64,000 bases of DNA from Utricularia gibba (Eukaryota > Plantae > Magnoliophyta): assembly GCA_002189035.1 (NCBI GenBank), contig NEEC01000042.1, positions 128,885 through 192,884 of the forward strand, written 5' to 3'. The notes below the pieces were generated by a model. It worked only from the letters and a program-made list of their open reading frames with translations. It was not told the origin of the DNA and ran no database searches. This document shows positions 9,204-24,200 of the stretch, one piece after another. Numbering within the stretch: the first letter of the stretch is position 1; the number at the start of each line of letters is the position of its first letter. The translations under genes and the position numbers were made by a program.

Positions 9204-12200
9204 TGATTTTTTTAACAACATACTTTATACATGAGGAGGCGGTCTTGGGGGGCACTTGGAACCGGAAAAAGATCAGCTTAGGCTTGGGCCGAAAGTAAGT
9301 TGTAGCCCGGCAAAGAAAGTGATATTATTATCGTTCGGTTTTTGGGGGCCTACATGGTTTTTCAAGGAACATCTTCTCGTTTTGTGGTGGCTAGTCTCGC
9401 TGGGAACTGGTCCTTGACCCCGATTCTGTATGGCTCATGGGGTCAACCGGATGCAAATCGAAGAAAAAAAATGATGCATTTGTTTAAATTACGATATCAC
9501 GTGCACCCTACATGATTTTTTCGACAACTTACTTTATACATGGGGAGGCGGTCTTGGGGGGTACCTGGAACCGGAAAATGGTCAGCGTAGGCTTGGGCCG
9601 ATAGTAAGTTGTAGCCCGACAAATAAAGTAATGTATTTATTATCGTTCGGTTTTCGGGGCTGCCTAAATGCTTTTTGAAAGAACATCTTCTCGTTTTATG
9701 GCGGCCAGTCTCGCTGGAACTTGGTCCTTGACCCTGGTTCTGTATGGCTCATGGGGTCAACCGGATGCAAATCGATGAAAAAAAATGATGCATTTGTTTA
9801 AATTGCGATATCACGTGCACCCCACATGATTTTTTCAACAACTTACTTTATACTTGAGGAGGCGATCTTAGGGTGCACTCGAACAGGACAAAGGTAAGGT
9901 TTGGCTTGCGCCAAGAGTTAGTTGTAGCCCGACAAAGAAAGTGATGTATTTATTATCGTTCGGTTTTTGGGGTTGCCTACATGGTTTTTCAAGGAACATC
10001 TTCTCGTTTTGTGGCAGCCAGTCTCGCTGGGAGCTTTGTCCTGGACCCCGATTCTGTATGGCTCATGGGGTCAAAAGGATGCAAATCGATGAATACAATG
10101 ATGCATTTGTTTCAATTACGATATCACGTGCACCCACATGATTTTTTCGACAACTTACTTTATACATGGGGAGGCGGTCTTGGGGGGTACCTGGAACCGG
10201 AAAATGGTCAGCTTAGGCTTGGGCCGATAGTAAGTTGTAGCCCGGCAAAGAAAGTGATGTATTTATTATCGTTCGGTTTACGGGGGCTTCCTACATGGTT
10301 TTTCAAGGAACATCTTCTCGTTTTGTGGCGCCAGTCTCGCTGGGAGCTTTGTCCTGGACCCCGATTCTGTATGGCATGGGGTCAAAAGGATGCAAATCGA
10401 TGAAACAATGATGCATTTGTTTAATTACGATATCACGTGCACCCACATGATTTTTTCGACAACTTACTTTATACATGGGGAGGCGGTCTTGGGGACCTGG
10501 AACCGGAAAATGGTCAGCTTAGGCTTGGGCCGATAGTAAGTTGTAGCCCGGCAAAGAAAGTGATGTATTTATTATCGTTCGGTTTTCGGGGTTGCCTACA
10601 TGGTTTTTCAAGGAACATCTTCTCGTTTTGTGGCAGCCAGTCTCGCTGGAACTTTGTCCTGGACCCGATTCTGTATGGCTCATGGGGTCAAAAGGATGCA
10701 AATCGATGAATACAATGATGCATTTGTTTAAATTACGATATCACGTGCACCCCACATGATTTTTTCGACAACTTACTTTATACATGGGGAGGCGGTCTTG
10801 GGGGTACCTGGAACCGGAAAATGGTCAGCTTAGGCTTGGGCCGATAGTAAGTTGTAGCCCGGCAAAGAAAGTGATGTATTTATTAACGTTCGGTTTTCGG
10901 GGTTGCCTACATGGTTTTTCAAGGAACTTTTCGTTTTGTGGTGGCTAGTCTCGCTGGGAACTTTGTCCTGGACCCGATTCTTATGTCTTATGAGGTCAAC
11001 CGGATGCAAATCGATGAAAAAAATTGATGCATTTGTTTAAATTACGATATCACGTGCACCCTACATGATTTTTTCAACAACTTACTTTATACTTGAGGAG
11101 GTGGTCTTGGGGGGCAAGAGGAACCAGACAACGGTCATATTAGGCTTGGGCCGAAAGTAAGTTTAGCCCGGCAAAGAAAGTGATGTATTTATTAACGTTC
11201 GGTTTTCAGGGTTGCCTACATGGTTTTCCAAGGAAAAGCTTTTCGTTTTGTGGCGGCCGCTCTCGCAGGGCACTTGGTCGGGCCCCTGATTCTTTATGGC
11301 TCATGAGGACAAAAGGATGCAAATCGATGAAAATAATGATGCATTTGTTTAAATTACGATGTCGCGTGCACCCAAATGATTTTTTTAACAACATACTTTA
11401 TACATGAGGAGGCGGTCTTGGGGGCACTTGGAACCGGAAAAAGATCAGCTTAGGCTTGGGCCGAAAGTAAGTTGTAGCCCGGCAAAGAAAGTGATGTATT
11501 TATTATCGTTCGGTTTTTGGGGTTGCCTACATGGTTTTTCAAGGAACATCTTTCGTTTTGTGGTGGCTAGTCTCGCTGGGAACATGGTCCTTGACCCGAT
11601 TCTGTATGGCTCATGGGGTCAACCGGATGCAAATCGAAGAAAAAAAATGATGCATTTGTTTAAATTACGATATCACGTGCACCCTACATGATTTTTTCGA
11701 CAACTTACTTTATACATGGGGAGGCGGTCTTGGGGGTACCTGGAACCGGAAAATGGTCAGCGTAGGCTTGGGCCGATAGTAAGTTGTAGCCCGACAAATA
11801 AAGTAATGTATTTATTATCGTTCGGTTTTCGGAAGCTGCCTAAATGCTTTTTGAAAAACATCTTCTCGTTTTATGGCGGCCAGTCTCGCTGGGAACTTGG
11901 TCCTTGACCCTGGTTCTGTATGGCTCATGGGGTCAACCGGATGCAAATCGATGAAAAAAATGATGCATTTGTTTAAATTGCGATATCACGTGCACCCCAC
12001 ATGATTTTTTCAACAACTTACTTTATACTTGAGGAGGCGATCTTAGGGTGCACCTCGAACAGGACAAAGGTAAGGTTTGGCTTGCGCCAAGAGTTAGTTG
12101 TAGCCCGACAAAGAAAGTGATGTATTTATTATCGTTCGGTTTTGGGGTTGCCTACATGGTTTTTCAAGGAACATCTTCTCGTTTTGTGGCAGCCAGTCTC

Positions 12201-15200
12201 GCTGGGAGCTTTGTCCTGGACCCCGATTCTGTATGGCCCATGGGGTCAAAAGGATGCAAATCGATGAATACAATGATGCATTTGTTTCAATTACGATATC
12301 ACGTGCACCCCACATGATTTTTTCGACAACTTACTTTATACATGGGGAGGCGGTCTTGGGGGTACCTGGAACCGGAAAATGGTCAGCTTAGGCTTGGGCC
12401 GATAGTAAGTTGTAGCCCGGCAAAGAAAGTGATGTATTTATTATCGTTCGGTTTTCGGGGGCCTACATGGTTTTTCAAGGAACATCTTCCGTTTTGTGGT
12501 GGCCAGTCTCGCTGGGTCCTGGACCCCGATTCTTTATGGCTATGGGTCAAAAGGATGCAAATCGATGAATACAATGATGCATTTGTTTCAATTACGATAT
12601 CACGTGCACCCCACATGATTTTTTCGACAACTTACTTTATACATGGGGAGGCGGTCTTGGGGGTACCTGGAACCGGAAAATGGTCAGCTTAGGCTTGGGC
12701 CGATAGTAAGTTGTAGCCCGGCAAAGAAAGTGATGTATTTATTAACGTTCGGTTTTCGGGTTGCCTACATGGTTTTCCAAGGAACTTCGTTTTGTGGTGG
12801 CTAGTCTCGCTGGGAACTTTGTCCTGGACCTCGATTCTTATGTCTTATGAGGTCAACCGGATGCAAATCGATGAAAAAAATTGATGCATTTGTTTAAATT
12901 ACGATATCACGTGCACCCTACATGATTTTTTCAACAACTTACTTTATACTTGAGGAGGTGGTCTTGGGGGGCAAGAGGAACCAGACAACGGTCATATTAG
13001 GCTTGGGCCGAAAGTAAGTTAGCCCGGCAAAGAAAGTGATGTATTTATTAACGTTCGGTTTTCAGGGTTGCCTACATGGTTTTCCAAGGAAAAGCTTTTC
13101 GTTTTGTGGCGGCCCTCTCGCAGGGCACTTGGTCCGGGCCCCTGATTCTTTATGGCTCATGAGGACAAAAGGATGCAAATCGATGAAAATAATGATGCAT
13201 TTGTTTAAATTACGATGTCGCGTGCACCCCAAATGATTTTTTTAACAACATACTTTATACATGAGGAGGCGGTCTTGGGGGCACTTGGAACCGGAAAAAG
13301 ATCAGCTTAGGCTTGGGCCGAAAGTAAGTTGTAGCCCGGCAAAGAAAGTGATGTATTTATTATCGTTCGGTTTTTGGGGTTGCCTACATGGTTTTTCAAG
13401 GAACATCTTCTCGTTTTGTGGTGGCTAGTCTCGCTGGGAACATGGTCCTTGACCCCGATTCTGTATGGCTCATGGGGTCAACCGGATGCAAATCGAAGAA
13501 AAAAAAATGATGCATTTGTTTAAATTACGATATCACGTGCACCCTACATGATTTTTTCGACAACTTACTTTATACATGGGGAGCGGTCTTGGGGGTACCT
13601 GGAACCGGAAAATGGTCAGCGTAGGCTTGGGCCGATAGTAAGTTGTAGCCCGACAAATAAAGTAATGTATTTATTATCGTTCGGTTTTCGGGCTGCCTAA
13701 ATGCTTTTTGAAAGAACATCTTCTCGTTTTATGGCGGCCAGTCTCGCTGGGAACTTGGTCCTTGACCCTGGTTCTGTATGGCTCATGGGGTCAACCGGAT
13801 GCAAATCGATGAAAAAAAATGATGCATTTGTTTAAATTGCGATATCACGTGCACCCCACATGATTTTTTCAACAACTTACTTTATACTTGAGGAGGCGAT
13901 CTTAGGGTGCACCTCGAACAGGACAAAGGTAAGGTTTGGCTTGCGCCAAGAGTTAGTTGTAGCCGACAAAGAAAGTGATGTATTTATTATCGTTCGGTTT
14001 TTGGGGTTGCCTACATGGTTTTTCAAGGAAATCTTCTCGTTTTGTGGCAGCCAGTCTCGCTGGGAGCTTTGTCCTGGACCCCGATTCTGTATGGCTCATG
14101 GGGTCAAAAGGATGCAAATCGATGAATACAATGATGCATTTGTTTCAATTACGATATCACGTGCACCCCACATGATTTTTTCGACAACTTACTTTATACA
14201 TGGGGAGGCGGTCTTGGGGGTACCTGGAACCGGAAAATGGTCAGCTTAGGCTTGGGCCGATAGTAAGTTGTAGCCCGGCAAAGAAAGTGATGTATTTATT
14301 ATCGTTCGGTTTACGGGGGCTTCCTACATGGTTTTTCAAGGAACATCTTCTCGTTTTGTGGCAGCCAGTCTCGCTGGGAGCTTTGTCCTGGACCCGATTC
14401 TGTATGGCTCATGGGTCAAAAGGATGCAAATCGATGAATACAATGATGCATTTGTTTCAATTACGATATCACGTGCACCCCACATGATTTTTTCGACAAC
14501 TTACTTTATACATGGGGAGGCGGTCTTGGGGTACCTGGAACCGGAAAATGGTCAGCTTAGGCTTGGGCCGATAGTAAGTTGTAGCCCGGCAAAGAAAGTG
14601 ATGTATTTATTATCGTTCGGTTTTCGGGTTGCCTACATGGTTTTTCAAGGAACATCTTCCGTTTTGTGGTGGCAGTCTCGCTGGGAACTTTGTCCTGGAC
14701 CCGATTCTTTATGGCTTATGGGTCAAAAGGATGCAAATCGATGAATACAATGATGCATTTGTTTCAATTACGATATCACGTGCACCCCACATGATTTTTT
14801 CGACAACTTACTTTATACATGGGGAGGCGGTCTTGGGGGTACCTGGAACCGGAAAATGGTCAGCTTAGGCTTGGCCGATAGTAAGTTGTAGCCCGGCAAA
14901 GAAAGTGATGTATTTATTAACGTTCGGTTTTCGGGGTTGCCTACATGGTTTTCAAGGAAAAGCTTTTCGTTTTTGTGGCTAGTCTCGCTGGGAACTTTGT
15001 CCTGGACCTCGATTCATTATGTCTTATGAGGTCAACCGGATGCAAATCGATGAAAAAAATTGATGCATTTGTTTAAATTACGATATCACGTGCACCCTAC
15101 ATGATTTTTTCAACAACTTACTTTATACTTGAGGAGGTGGTCTTGGGGGCAAGAGGAACCAGACAACGGTCATATTAGGCTTGGGCCGAAAGTAAGTTTA

Positions 15201-18200
15201 GCCCGGCAAAGAAAGTGATGTATTTATTAACGTTCGGTTTTCAGGGTTGCCTACATGGTTTTCCAAGGAAAAGCTTTTCGTTTTGTGGCGGCCGCTCTCG
15301 CAGGGCACTTGGTCCGGGCCCTGATTCTTTATGGCTCATGAGGACAAAAGGATGCAAATCGATGAAAATAATGATGCATTTGTTTAAATTACGATGTCGC
15401 GTGCACCCAAATGATTTTTTTAACAACATACTTTATACATGAGGAGGCGGTCTTGGGGGGCACTTGGAACCGGAAAAAGATCAGCTTAGGCTTGGCCGAA
15501 AGTAAGTTGTAGCCCGGCAAAGAAAGTGATGTATTTATTATCGTTCGGTTTTTGGGGTTGCCTACATGGTTTTTCAAGGAACATCTTCTCGTTTTGTGGT
15601 GGCTAGTCTCGCTGGGAACATGGTCCTTGACCCCGATTCTGTATGGCTCATGGGGTCAACCGGATGCAAATCGAAGAAAAAAAATGATGCATTTGTTTAA
15701 ATTACGATATCACGTGCACCCTACATGATTTTTTCGACAACTTACTTTATACATGGGGAGGCGGTCTTGGGGGTACCTGGAACCGGAAAATGGTCAGCGT
15801 AGGCTTGGGCCGATAGTAAGTTGTAGCCCGACAAATAAAGTAATGTATTTATTATCGTTCGGTTTTCGGAAGCTGCCTAAATGCTTTTTGAAAGAACATC
15901 TTCTCGTTTTATGGCGGCCAGTCTCGCTGGGAACTTGGTCCTTGACCCTGGTTCTGTATGGCTCATGGGGTCAACCGGATGCAAATCGATGAAAAAAATG
16001 ATGCATTTGTTTAAATTGCGATATCACGTGCACCCCACATGATTTTTTCAACAACTTACTTTATACTTGAGGAGGCGATCTTAGGGTGCACCTCGAACAG
16101 GACAAAGGTAAGGTTTGGCTTGCGCCAAGAGTTAGTTGTAGCCCGACAAAGAAAGTGATGTATTTATTATCGTTCGGTTTTTGGGGTTGCCTACATGGTT
16201 TTTCAAGGAACATCTTCTCGTTTTGTGGCAGCCAGTCTCGCTGGGAGCTTTGTCCTGGACCCCGATTCTGTATGGCTCATGGGGTCAAAGGATGCAAATC
16301 GATGAATACAATGATGCATTTGTTTCAATTACGATATCACGTGCACCCCACATGATTTTTTTCGACAACTTACTTTATACATGGGGAGGCGGTCTTGGGG
16401 GTACCTGGAACCGGAAAATGGTCAGCTTAGGCTTGGGCCGATAGTAAGTTGTAGCCCGGCAAAGAAAGTGATGTATTTATTATCGTTCGGTTTACGGGGC
16501 TTCCTACATGGTTTTTCAAGGAACATCTTCTCGTTTTGTGGCAGCCAGTCTCGCTGGGAGCTTTGTCCTGGACCCCGATTCTGTATGGCCCATGGGGTCA
16601 AAGGATGCAAATCGATGAATACAATGATGCATTTGTTTCAATTACGATATCACGTGCACCCCACATGATTTTTTCGACAACTTACTTTATACATGGGGAG
16701 GCGGTCTTGGGGGTACCTGGAACCGGAAAATGGTCAGCTTAGGCTTGGGCCGATAGTAAGTTGTAGCCCGGCAAAGAAAGTGATGTATTTATTATCGTTC
16801 GGTTTTCGGGGTTGCCTACATGGTTTTTCAAGGAACATCTTCCCGTTTTGGTGTGGCTAGTCTCGCTGGGAACTTTGTCCTGGACCTCGATTCTTTATGT
16901 CTTATGAGGTCAAAAGGATGCAAATCGATGAATACAATGATGCATTTGTTTCAATTACGATATCACGTGCACCCCACATGATTTTTTCGACAACTTACTT
17001 TATACATGGGAGGCGGTCTTGGGGGGTACCTGGAACCGGAAAATGGTCAGCTTAGGCTTGGGCCGATAGTAAGTTGTAGCCCGGCAAAGAAAGTGATGTT
17101 TATTAACGTTCGGTTTTCGGGTTGCCTACATGGTTTTCCAAGGAAAGCTTTCGTTTTGTGGTGGCTAGTCTCGCTGGGAACTTTGTCCTGGACCTCGATT
17201 CATTATGTCTTATGAGGTCAACCGGATGCAAATCGATGAAAAAATTGATGCATTTGTTTAAATTACGATATCACGTGCACCCTACATGATTTTTTCAACA
17301 ACTTACTTTATACTTGAGGAGGTGGTCTTGGGGGCAAGAGGAACCAGACAACGGTCATATTAGGCTTGGGCCGAAAGTAAGTTTAGCCCGGCAAAGAAAG
17401 TGATGTATTTATTAACGTTCGGTTTTCAGGGTTGCCTACATGGTTTTCCAAGGAAAAGCTTTTTTTGTGGCGGCCGCTCTCGCAGGGCACTTGGTCCGGG
17501 CCCCTGATTCTTTATGGCTCATGAGGACAAAAGGATGCAAATCGATGAAAATAATGATGCATTTGTTTAAATTACGATGTCGCGTGCACCCCAAATGATT
17601 TTTTTAACAACATACTTTATACATGAGGAGGCGTCTTGGGGGCACTTGGAACCGGAAAAAGATCAGCTTAGGCTTGGGCCGAAAGTAAGTTGTAGCCCGC
17701 AAAGAAAGTGATGTATTTATTATCGTTCGGTTTTTGGGGTTGCCTACATGGTTTTTCAAGGAACATCTTCTCGTTTTGTGGTGGCTAGTCTCGCTGGGAA
17801 CTGGTCCTTGACCCCGATTCTGTATGGCTCATGGGTCAACCGGATGCAAATCGATGAAAAAAATGATGCATTTGTTTAAATTACGATATCACGTGCACCC
17901 ACATGATTTTTTCGACAACTTACTTTATACATGGGAGGCGGTCTTGGGGGGTACCTGGAACCGGAAAATGGTCAGCTTAGGCTTGGGCCGATAGTAAGTT
18001 GTAGCCCGGCAAAGAAAGTGATGTATTTATTAACGTTCGGTTTTCGGGGTTGCCTACATGGTTTTTCAAGGAACATCTTCGTTTTTGTGGTGGCTAGTCT
18101 CGCTGGAACTTTGTCCTGGACCCGATTCTTTATGTCTTATGAGGTCAAAAGATGCAAATCGATGAATACAATGATGCATTTGTTTCAATTACGATATCAC

Positions 18201-21200
18201 GTGCACCCCACATGATTTTTTCGACAACTTACTTTATACATGGGAGGCGGTCTTGGGGGTACCTGGAACCGGAAAATGGTCAGCTTAGGCTTGGGCCGAT
18301 AGTAAGTTGTAGCCCGGCAAAGAAAGTGATGTATTTATTAACGTTCGGTTTTCGGGGTTGCCTACATGGTTTTTCAAGGAACATCTTCCGTTTTGTGGTG
18401 GAGTCTCGCTGGGAACTTTGTCCTGGACCTCGATTCTTATGTCTTATGAGGTCAACCGGATGCAAATCGATGAAAAAATTGATGCATTTGTTTAAATTAC
18501 GATATCACGTGCACCCTACATGATTTTTTCAACATTACTTTATACTTGAGGAGGTGGTCTTGGGGGCAAGAGAACCAGACAACGGTCATATTAGGCTTGG
18601 GCCGAAAGTAAGTTTAGCCCGGCAAAGAAAGTGATGTATTTATTAACGTTCGGTTTTCAGGGTTGCCTACATGGTTTTCCAAGGAAAACTTCGTTTTGTG
18701 GCGGCCGCTCTCGCAGGGCACTTGGTCCGGACCCTGATTCTTTATGGCTCATGAGGACAAAGGATGCAAATCGATGAAAATAATGATGCATTTGTTTAAA
18801 TTACGATGTCGCGTGCACCCCAAATGATTTTTTAACAACATACTTTATACATGAGGAGGCGGTCTTGGGGGCACTTGGAACCGGAAAAAGATCAGCTTAG
18901 GCTTGGGCCGAAAGTAAGTTGTAGCCCGGCAAAGAAAGTGATGTATTTATTATCGTTCGGTTTTGGGGTTGCCTACATGGTTTTTCAAGGAACATCTTCT
19001 CGTTTTGTGGTGGCTAGTCTCGCTGGGAACTGGTCCTTGACCCCGATTCTGTATGGCTCATGGGGTCAACCGGATGCAAATCGAAGAAAAAAAATGATGC
19101 ATTTGTTTAAATTACGATATCACGTGCACCCCCATGATTTTTTCGACAACTTACTTTATACATGGGGAGGCGGTCTTGGGGTACCTGGAACCGGAAAATG
19201 GTCAGCTTAGGCTTGGGCCGATAGTAAGTTGTAGCCCGAAAGAAAGTGATGTATTTATTATCGTTCGGTTTTCGGGGTTGCCTACATGGTTTTTCAAGGA
19301 ACATCTTCCGTTTTGTGGTGGCCAGTCTCGCTGGGAACTTTGTCCTGGACCCGATTCTGTATGGCTCATGGGTCAAAAGGATGCAAATCGATGAACAATG
19401 ATGCATTTGTTTAATTACGATATCACGTGCACCCCACATGATTTTTTCGACAACTTACTTTATACATGGGGAGGCGGTCTTGGGGGACCTGGAACCGGAA
19501 AATGGTCAGCTTAGGCTTGGGCCGATAGTAAGTTGTAGCCCGGCAAAGAAAGTGATGTATTTATTAACGTTCGGTTTTCGGGTTGCCTACATGGTTTTTC
19601 AAGGAACATCTTCTCGTTTTGTGGTGGCCTCGCTGGGAACTTTGTCCTGGACCGATTCATTATGTTATGGGTCAACCGGATGCAAATCGATGAAAAAAAT
19701 GATGCATTTGTTTAAATTACGATATCACGTGCACCCTACATGATTTTTTCAACAACTTACTTTATACTTGAGGAGGTGGTCTTGGGGGGCAAGAGGAACC
19801 AGACAACGGTCATATTAGGCTTGGGCCGAAAGTAAGTTTAGCCCGGCAAAGAAAGTGATGTATTTATTAACGTTCGGTTTTCAGGGTTGCCCTACATGGT
19901 TTTCCAAGGAAAAGCTTCGTTTTGTGGCGGCCGTCTCGCAGGGGACTTGGTCCGGCCCCTGATTCTTTATGGCTCATGAGGAAAAAGGATGCAAATCGAT
20001 GAAAATAATGATGCATTTGTTTAAATTACGATGTCGTGCACCCCAAATGATTTTTTTAACAACATACTTTATACATGAGGAGGCGGTCTTGGGGGCACTT
20101 GGAACCGGAAAAAGATCAGCTTAGGCTTGGGCCGAAAGTAAGTTGTAGCCCGGCAAAGAAAGTGATGTATTTATTATCGTTCGGTTTTTGGGGTTGCCTA
20201 CATGGTTTTTCAAGGAACATCTTCTCGTTTTGTGGTGGCTAGTCTCGCTGGGAAATGGTCCTTGACCCGATTCTGTATGGCTCATGGGGTCAACCGGATG
20301 CAAATCGAAGAAAAAAATGATGCATTTGTTTAAATTACGATATCACGTGCACCCTACATGATTTTTTCGACAACTTACTTTATACATGAGGCGGTCTTGG
20401 GGGTACCTGGAACCGGAAAATGGTCAGCGTAGGCTTGGGCCGATAGTAAGTTGTAGCCCGACAAATAAAGTAATGTATTTATTATCGTTCGGTTTTCGGA
20501 AGCTGCCTAAATGGTTTTTGAAAGAACATCTTCTCGTTTTATGGCGGCCAGTCTCGCTGGGAACTTGTCCTTGACCCTGGTTCTGTATGGCTCATGGGGT
20601 CAACCGGATGCAAATCGATGAAAAAAATGATGCATTTGTTTAAATTGCGATATCACGTGCACCCCACATGATTTTTTAACAACTTACTTTATACTTGAGG
20701 AGGCGATCTTAGGGTGCACCTCGAACAGGACAAAGGTAAGGTTTGGCTTGCGCCGAGTTAGTTGTAGCCCGACAAAGAAAGTGATGTATTTATTATCGTT
20801 CGGTTTTTGGGGTTGCCTACATGGTTTTTCAAGGAACATCTTCTCGTTTTGTGGCAGCCAGTCTCGCTGGGAGCTTTGTCCTGGACCCCGATTCTGTATG
20901 GCTCATGGGTCAAAAGGATGCAAATCGATGAAAACAATGATGCATTTGTTTAAATTACGATATCACGTGCACCCCACATGATTTTTTCGACAACTTACTT
21001 TATACATGGGGAGGCGGTCTTGGGGGGTACCTGGAACCGGAAAATGGTCAGCTTAGGCTTGGGCCGATAGTAAGTTGTAGCCCGGCAAAGAAAGTGATGT
21101 ATTTATTATCGTTCGGTTTTCGGGCTTCCTACATGGTTTTCAAGGAACATCTTCTCGTTTGTGGCGCCAGTCTCGCTGGGACTTTGTCCTGGACCCGATT

Positions 21201-24200
21201 CTGTATGGCTCATGGGTCAAAAGGATGCAAATCGATGAAACAATGATGCATTTGTTTCAATTACGATCACGTGCACCCCACATGATTTTTTCGACAACTT
21301 ACTTTATACATGGGAGCGGTCTTGGGGGGTACCTGGAACCGGAAAATGGTCAGCTTAGGCTTGGGCCGATAGTAAGTTGTAGCCCGGCAAAGAAAGTGAT
21401 GTATTTATTAACGTTCGGTTTTCGGGGTTGCCTACATGGTTTTTCAAGGAACATCTTCCGTTTTGTGGTGGCTAGTTGGGAACTTTGTCCTGGACCCGAT
21501 TCTTTATGTCTTATGAGGTCAACCGGATGCAAATCGATGAAAAAAATGATGCATTTGTTTAAATTACGATATCACGTGCACCCTACATGATTTTTTCAAC
21601 AACTTACTTTATACTGAGGAGGTGGTCTTGGGGGCAAGAGGAACCAACAACGGTCATATTAGGCTTGGGCCGAAAGTAAGTTGTAGCCCGGCAAAGAAAG
21701 TGATGTATTTATTAACGTTCGGTTTTCAGGGTTGCCTACATGGTTTTCCAAGGAAAAGCTTTTCGTTTTGTGGCGGCCGCTCTCGCTGGGACTTGGTCCG
21801 GGCCCCTGATTCTTTATGGCTCATGAGGACAAAAGGATGCAAATCGATGAAAATAATGATGCATTTGTTTAAATTACGATGTCGCGTGCACCCCAAATGA
21901 TTTTTTTAACAACATACTTTATACATGAGGAGGCGGTCTTGGGGCACTTGGAACCGGAAAAAGATCAGCTTAGGCTTGGGCCGAAAGTAAGTTGTAGCCC
22001 GGCAAAGAAAGTGATGTATTTATTATCGTTCGGTTTTTGGGGTTGCCTACATGGTTTTTCAAGGAACATCTTCTCGTTTTGTGGTGGCTAGTCTCGCTGG
22101 GAACTGGTCCTTGACCCGATTCTGTATGGCTCATGGGGTCAACCGGATGCAAATCGAAGAAAAAAATGATGCATTTGTTTAAATTACGATATCACGTGCA
22201 CCCTACATGATTTTTTCGACAACTTACTTTATACATGGGGAGGCGGTCTTGGGGGGTACCTGGAACCGGAAAATGGTCAGCGTAGGCTTGGGCCGATAGT
22301 AAGTTGTAGCCCGACAAATAAAGTAATGTATTTATTATCGTTCGGTTTTCGGGCTGCCTAAATGCTTTTTGAAAGAACATCTTCTCGTTTTATGGCGGCC
22401 AGTCTCGCTGGGAACTTGGTCCTTGACCCTGGTTCTGTATGGCTCATGGGGTCAACCGGATGCAAATCGATGAAAAAAATGATGCATTTGTTTAAATTGC
22501 GATATCACGTGCACCCCACATGATTTTTTCAACAACTTACTTTATACTTGAGGAGGCGATCTTGGGCACCTCGAACAGGACAAAGGTAAGGTTTGGCTTG
22601 CGCCAAGAGTAGTTGTAGCCGACAAAGAAAGTGATGTATTTATTATCGTTCGGTTTTGGGGTTGCCTACATGGTTTTTCAAGGAACATCTTCTCGTTTTG
22701 TGGGCTAGTCTCGCTGGGAACTTGGTCCTGACCCCGATTCTGTATGGCTCATGGGGTCAACCGGATGCAAATCGATGAAAAAAAATGATGCATTTGTTTA
22801 AATTACGATATCACGTGCACCCTACATGATTTTTTTCGACAACTTACTTTATACATGGGGAGGCGGTCTTGGGGGTACCTGGAACCGGAAAATGGTCAGC
22901 TAGGCTTGGGCCGATAGTAAGTTGTAGCCCGACAAATAAAGTGATGTATTTATTATCGTTCGGTTTTCGGGCTGCCTAAATGCTTTTTGAAGAACATCTT
23001 CTCGTTTTATGGCGGCCAGTCTCGCTGGGAACTTGGTCCTTGACCCGATTCTGTATGGCTCATGGGGTCAACCGGATGCAAATCGATGAAAAAAATGATG
23101 CATTTGTTTAAATTACGATATCACGTGCACCCTACATGATTTTTTCGACAACTTACTTTATACATGGGGAGGCGGTCTTGGGGGGTACCTGGAACCGGAA
23201 AATGGTCAGCTTAGGCTTGGGCCGATAGTAAGTTGTAGTAAAGTGATGTATTTATTATCGTTCGGTTTTCGGGCTGCCTAATGCTTTTTGAAAGAACATC
23301 TTCTCGTTTTTGGCGGCCAGTCTCGCTGGGAACTTGGTCCTTGACCCTGATTCTGTATGGCTCATGGGTCAACCGGATGCAAATCGATGAAAAAAATGAT
23401 GCATTTGTTTAAATTACGATATCACGTGCACCCCACATGATTTTTTCAACAACTTACTTTATACATGAGGAGGCGTCTTAGGGTGCACCTTGGTAAGGTT
23501 TGGCTTGCGCCAAGAGTTAGTTGTAGCCCGACAAAGAAAGTGATGTATTTATTATCGTTCGGTTTTGGGGTTGCCTACATGGTTTTTCAAGGAACATCTT
23601 CTCGTTTTGTGGCAGCCAGTCTCGCTGGGAGCTTTGTCCTGGACCCGATTCTGTATGGCTCATGGGGTCAAAAGGATGCAAATCGATGAATACAATGATG
23701 CATTTGTTTCAATTACGATATCACGTGCACCCCACATGATTTTTTCGACAACTTACTTTATACATGGGGAGGCGTCTTGGGGTACCTGGAACCGGAAAAT
23801 GGTCAGCTTAGGCTTGGGCCGATAGTAAGTTGTAGCCCGGCAAAGAAAGTGATGTATTTATTATCGTTCGGTTTACGGGCTTCCTACATGGTTTTTCAAG
23901 GAGCATCTTCTCGTTTTGTGCCAGTCTCGCTGGGAGCTTTGTCTGGACCCCGATTCTGTATGGCTCATGGGTCAAAAGGATGCAAATCGATGAATACAAT
24001 GATGCATTTGTTTAATTACGATATCACGTGCACCCCACATGATTTTTTCACAACTTACTTTATACATGGGGAGGCGGTCTTGGGGGCAAGAGGAACCAGA
24101 CAACGGTCATATTAGGCTTGGGCCGAAAGTAAGTTGTAGCCCGGCAAAAAAGTGATGTATTTATTAACGTTCGGTTTTCAGGGTTTCCTACATGGTTTTC

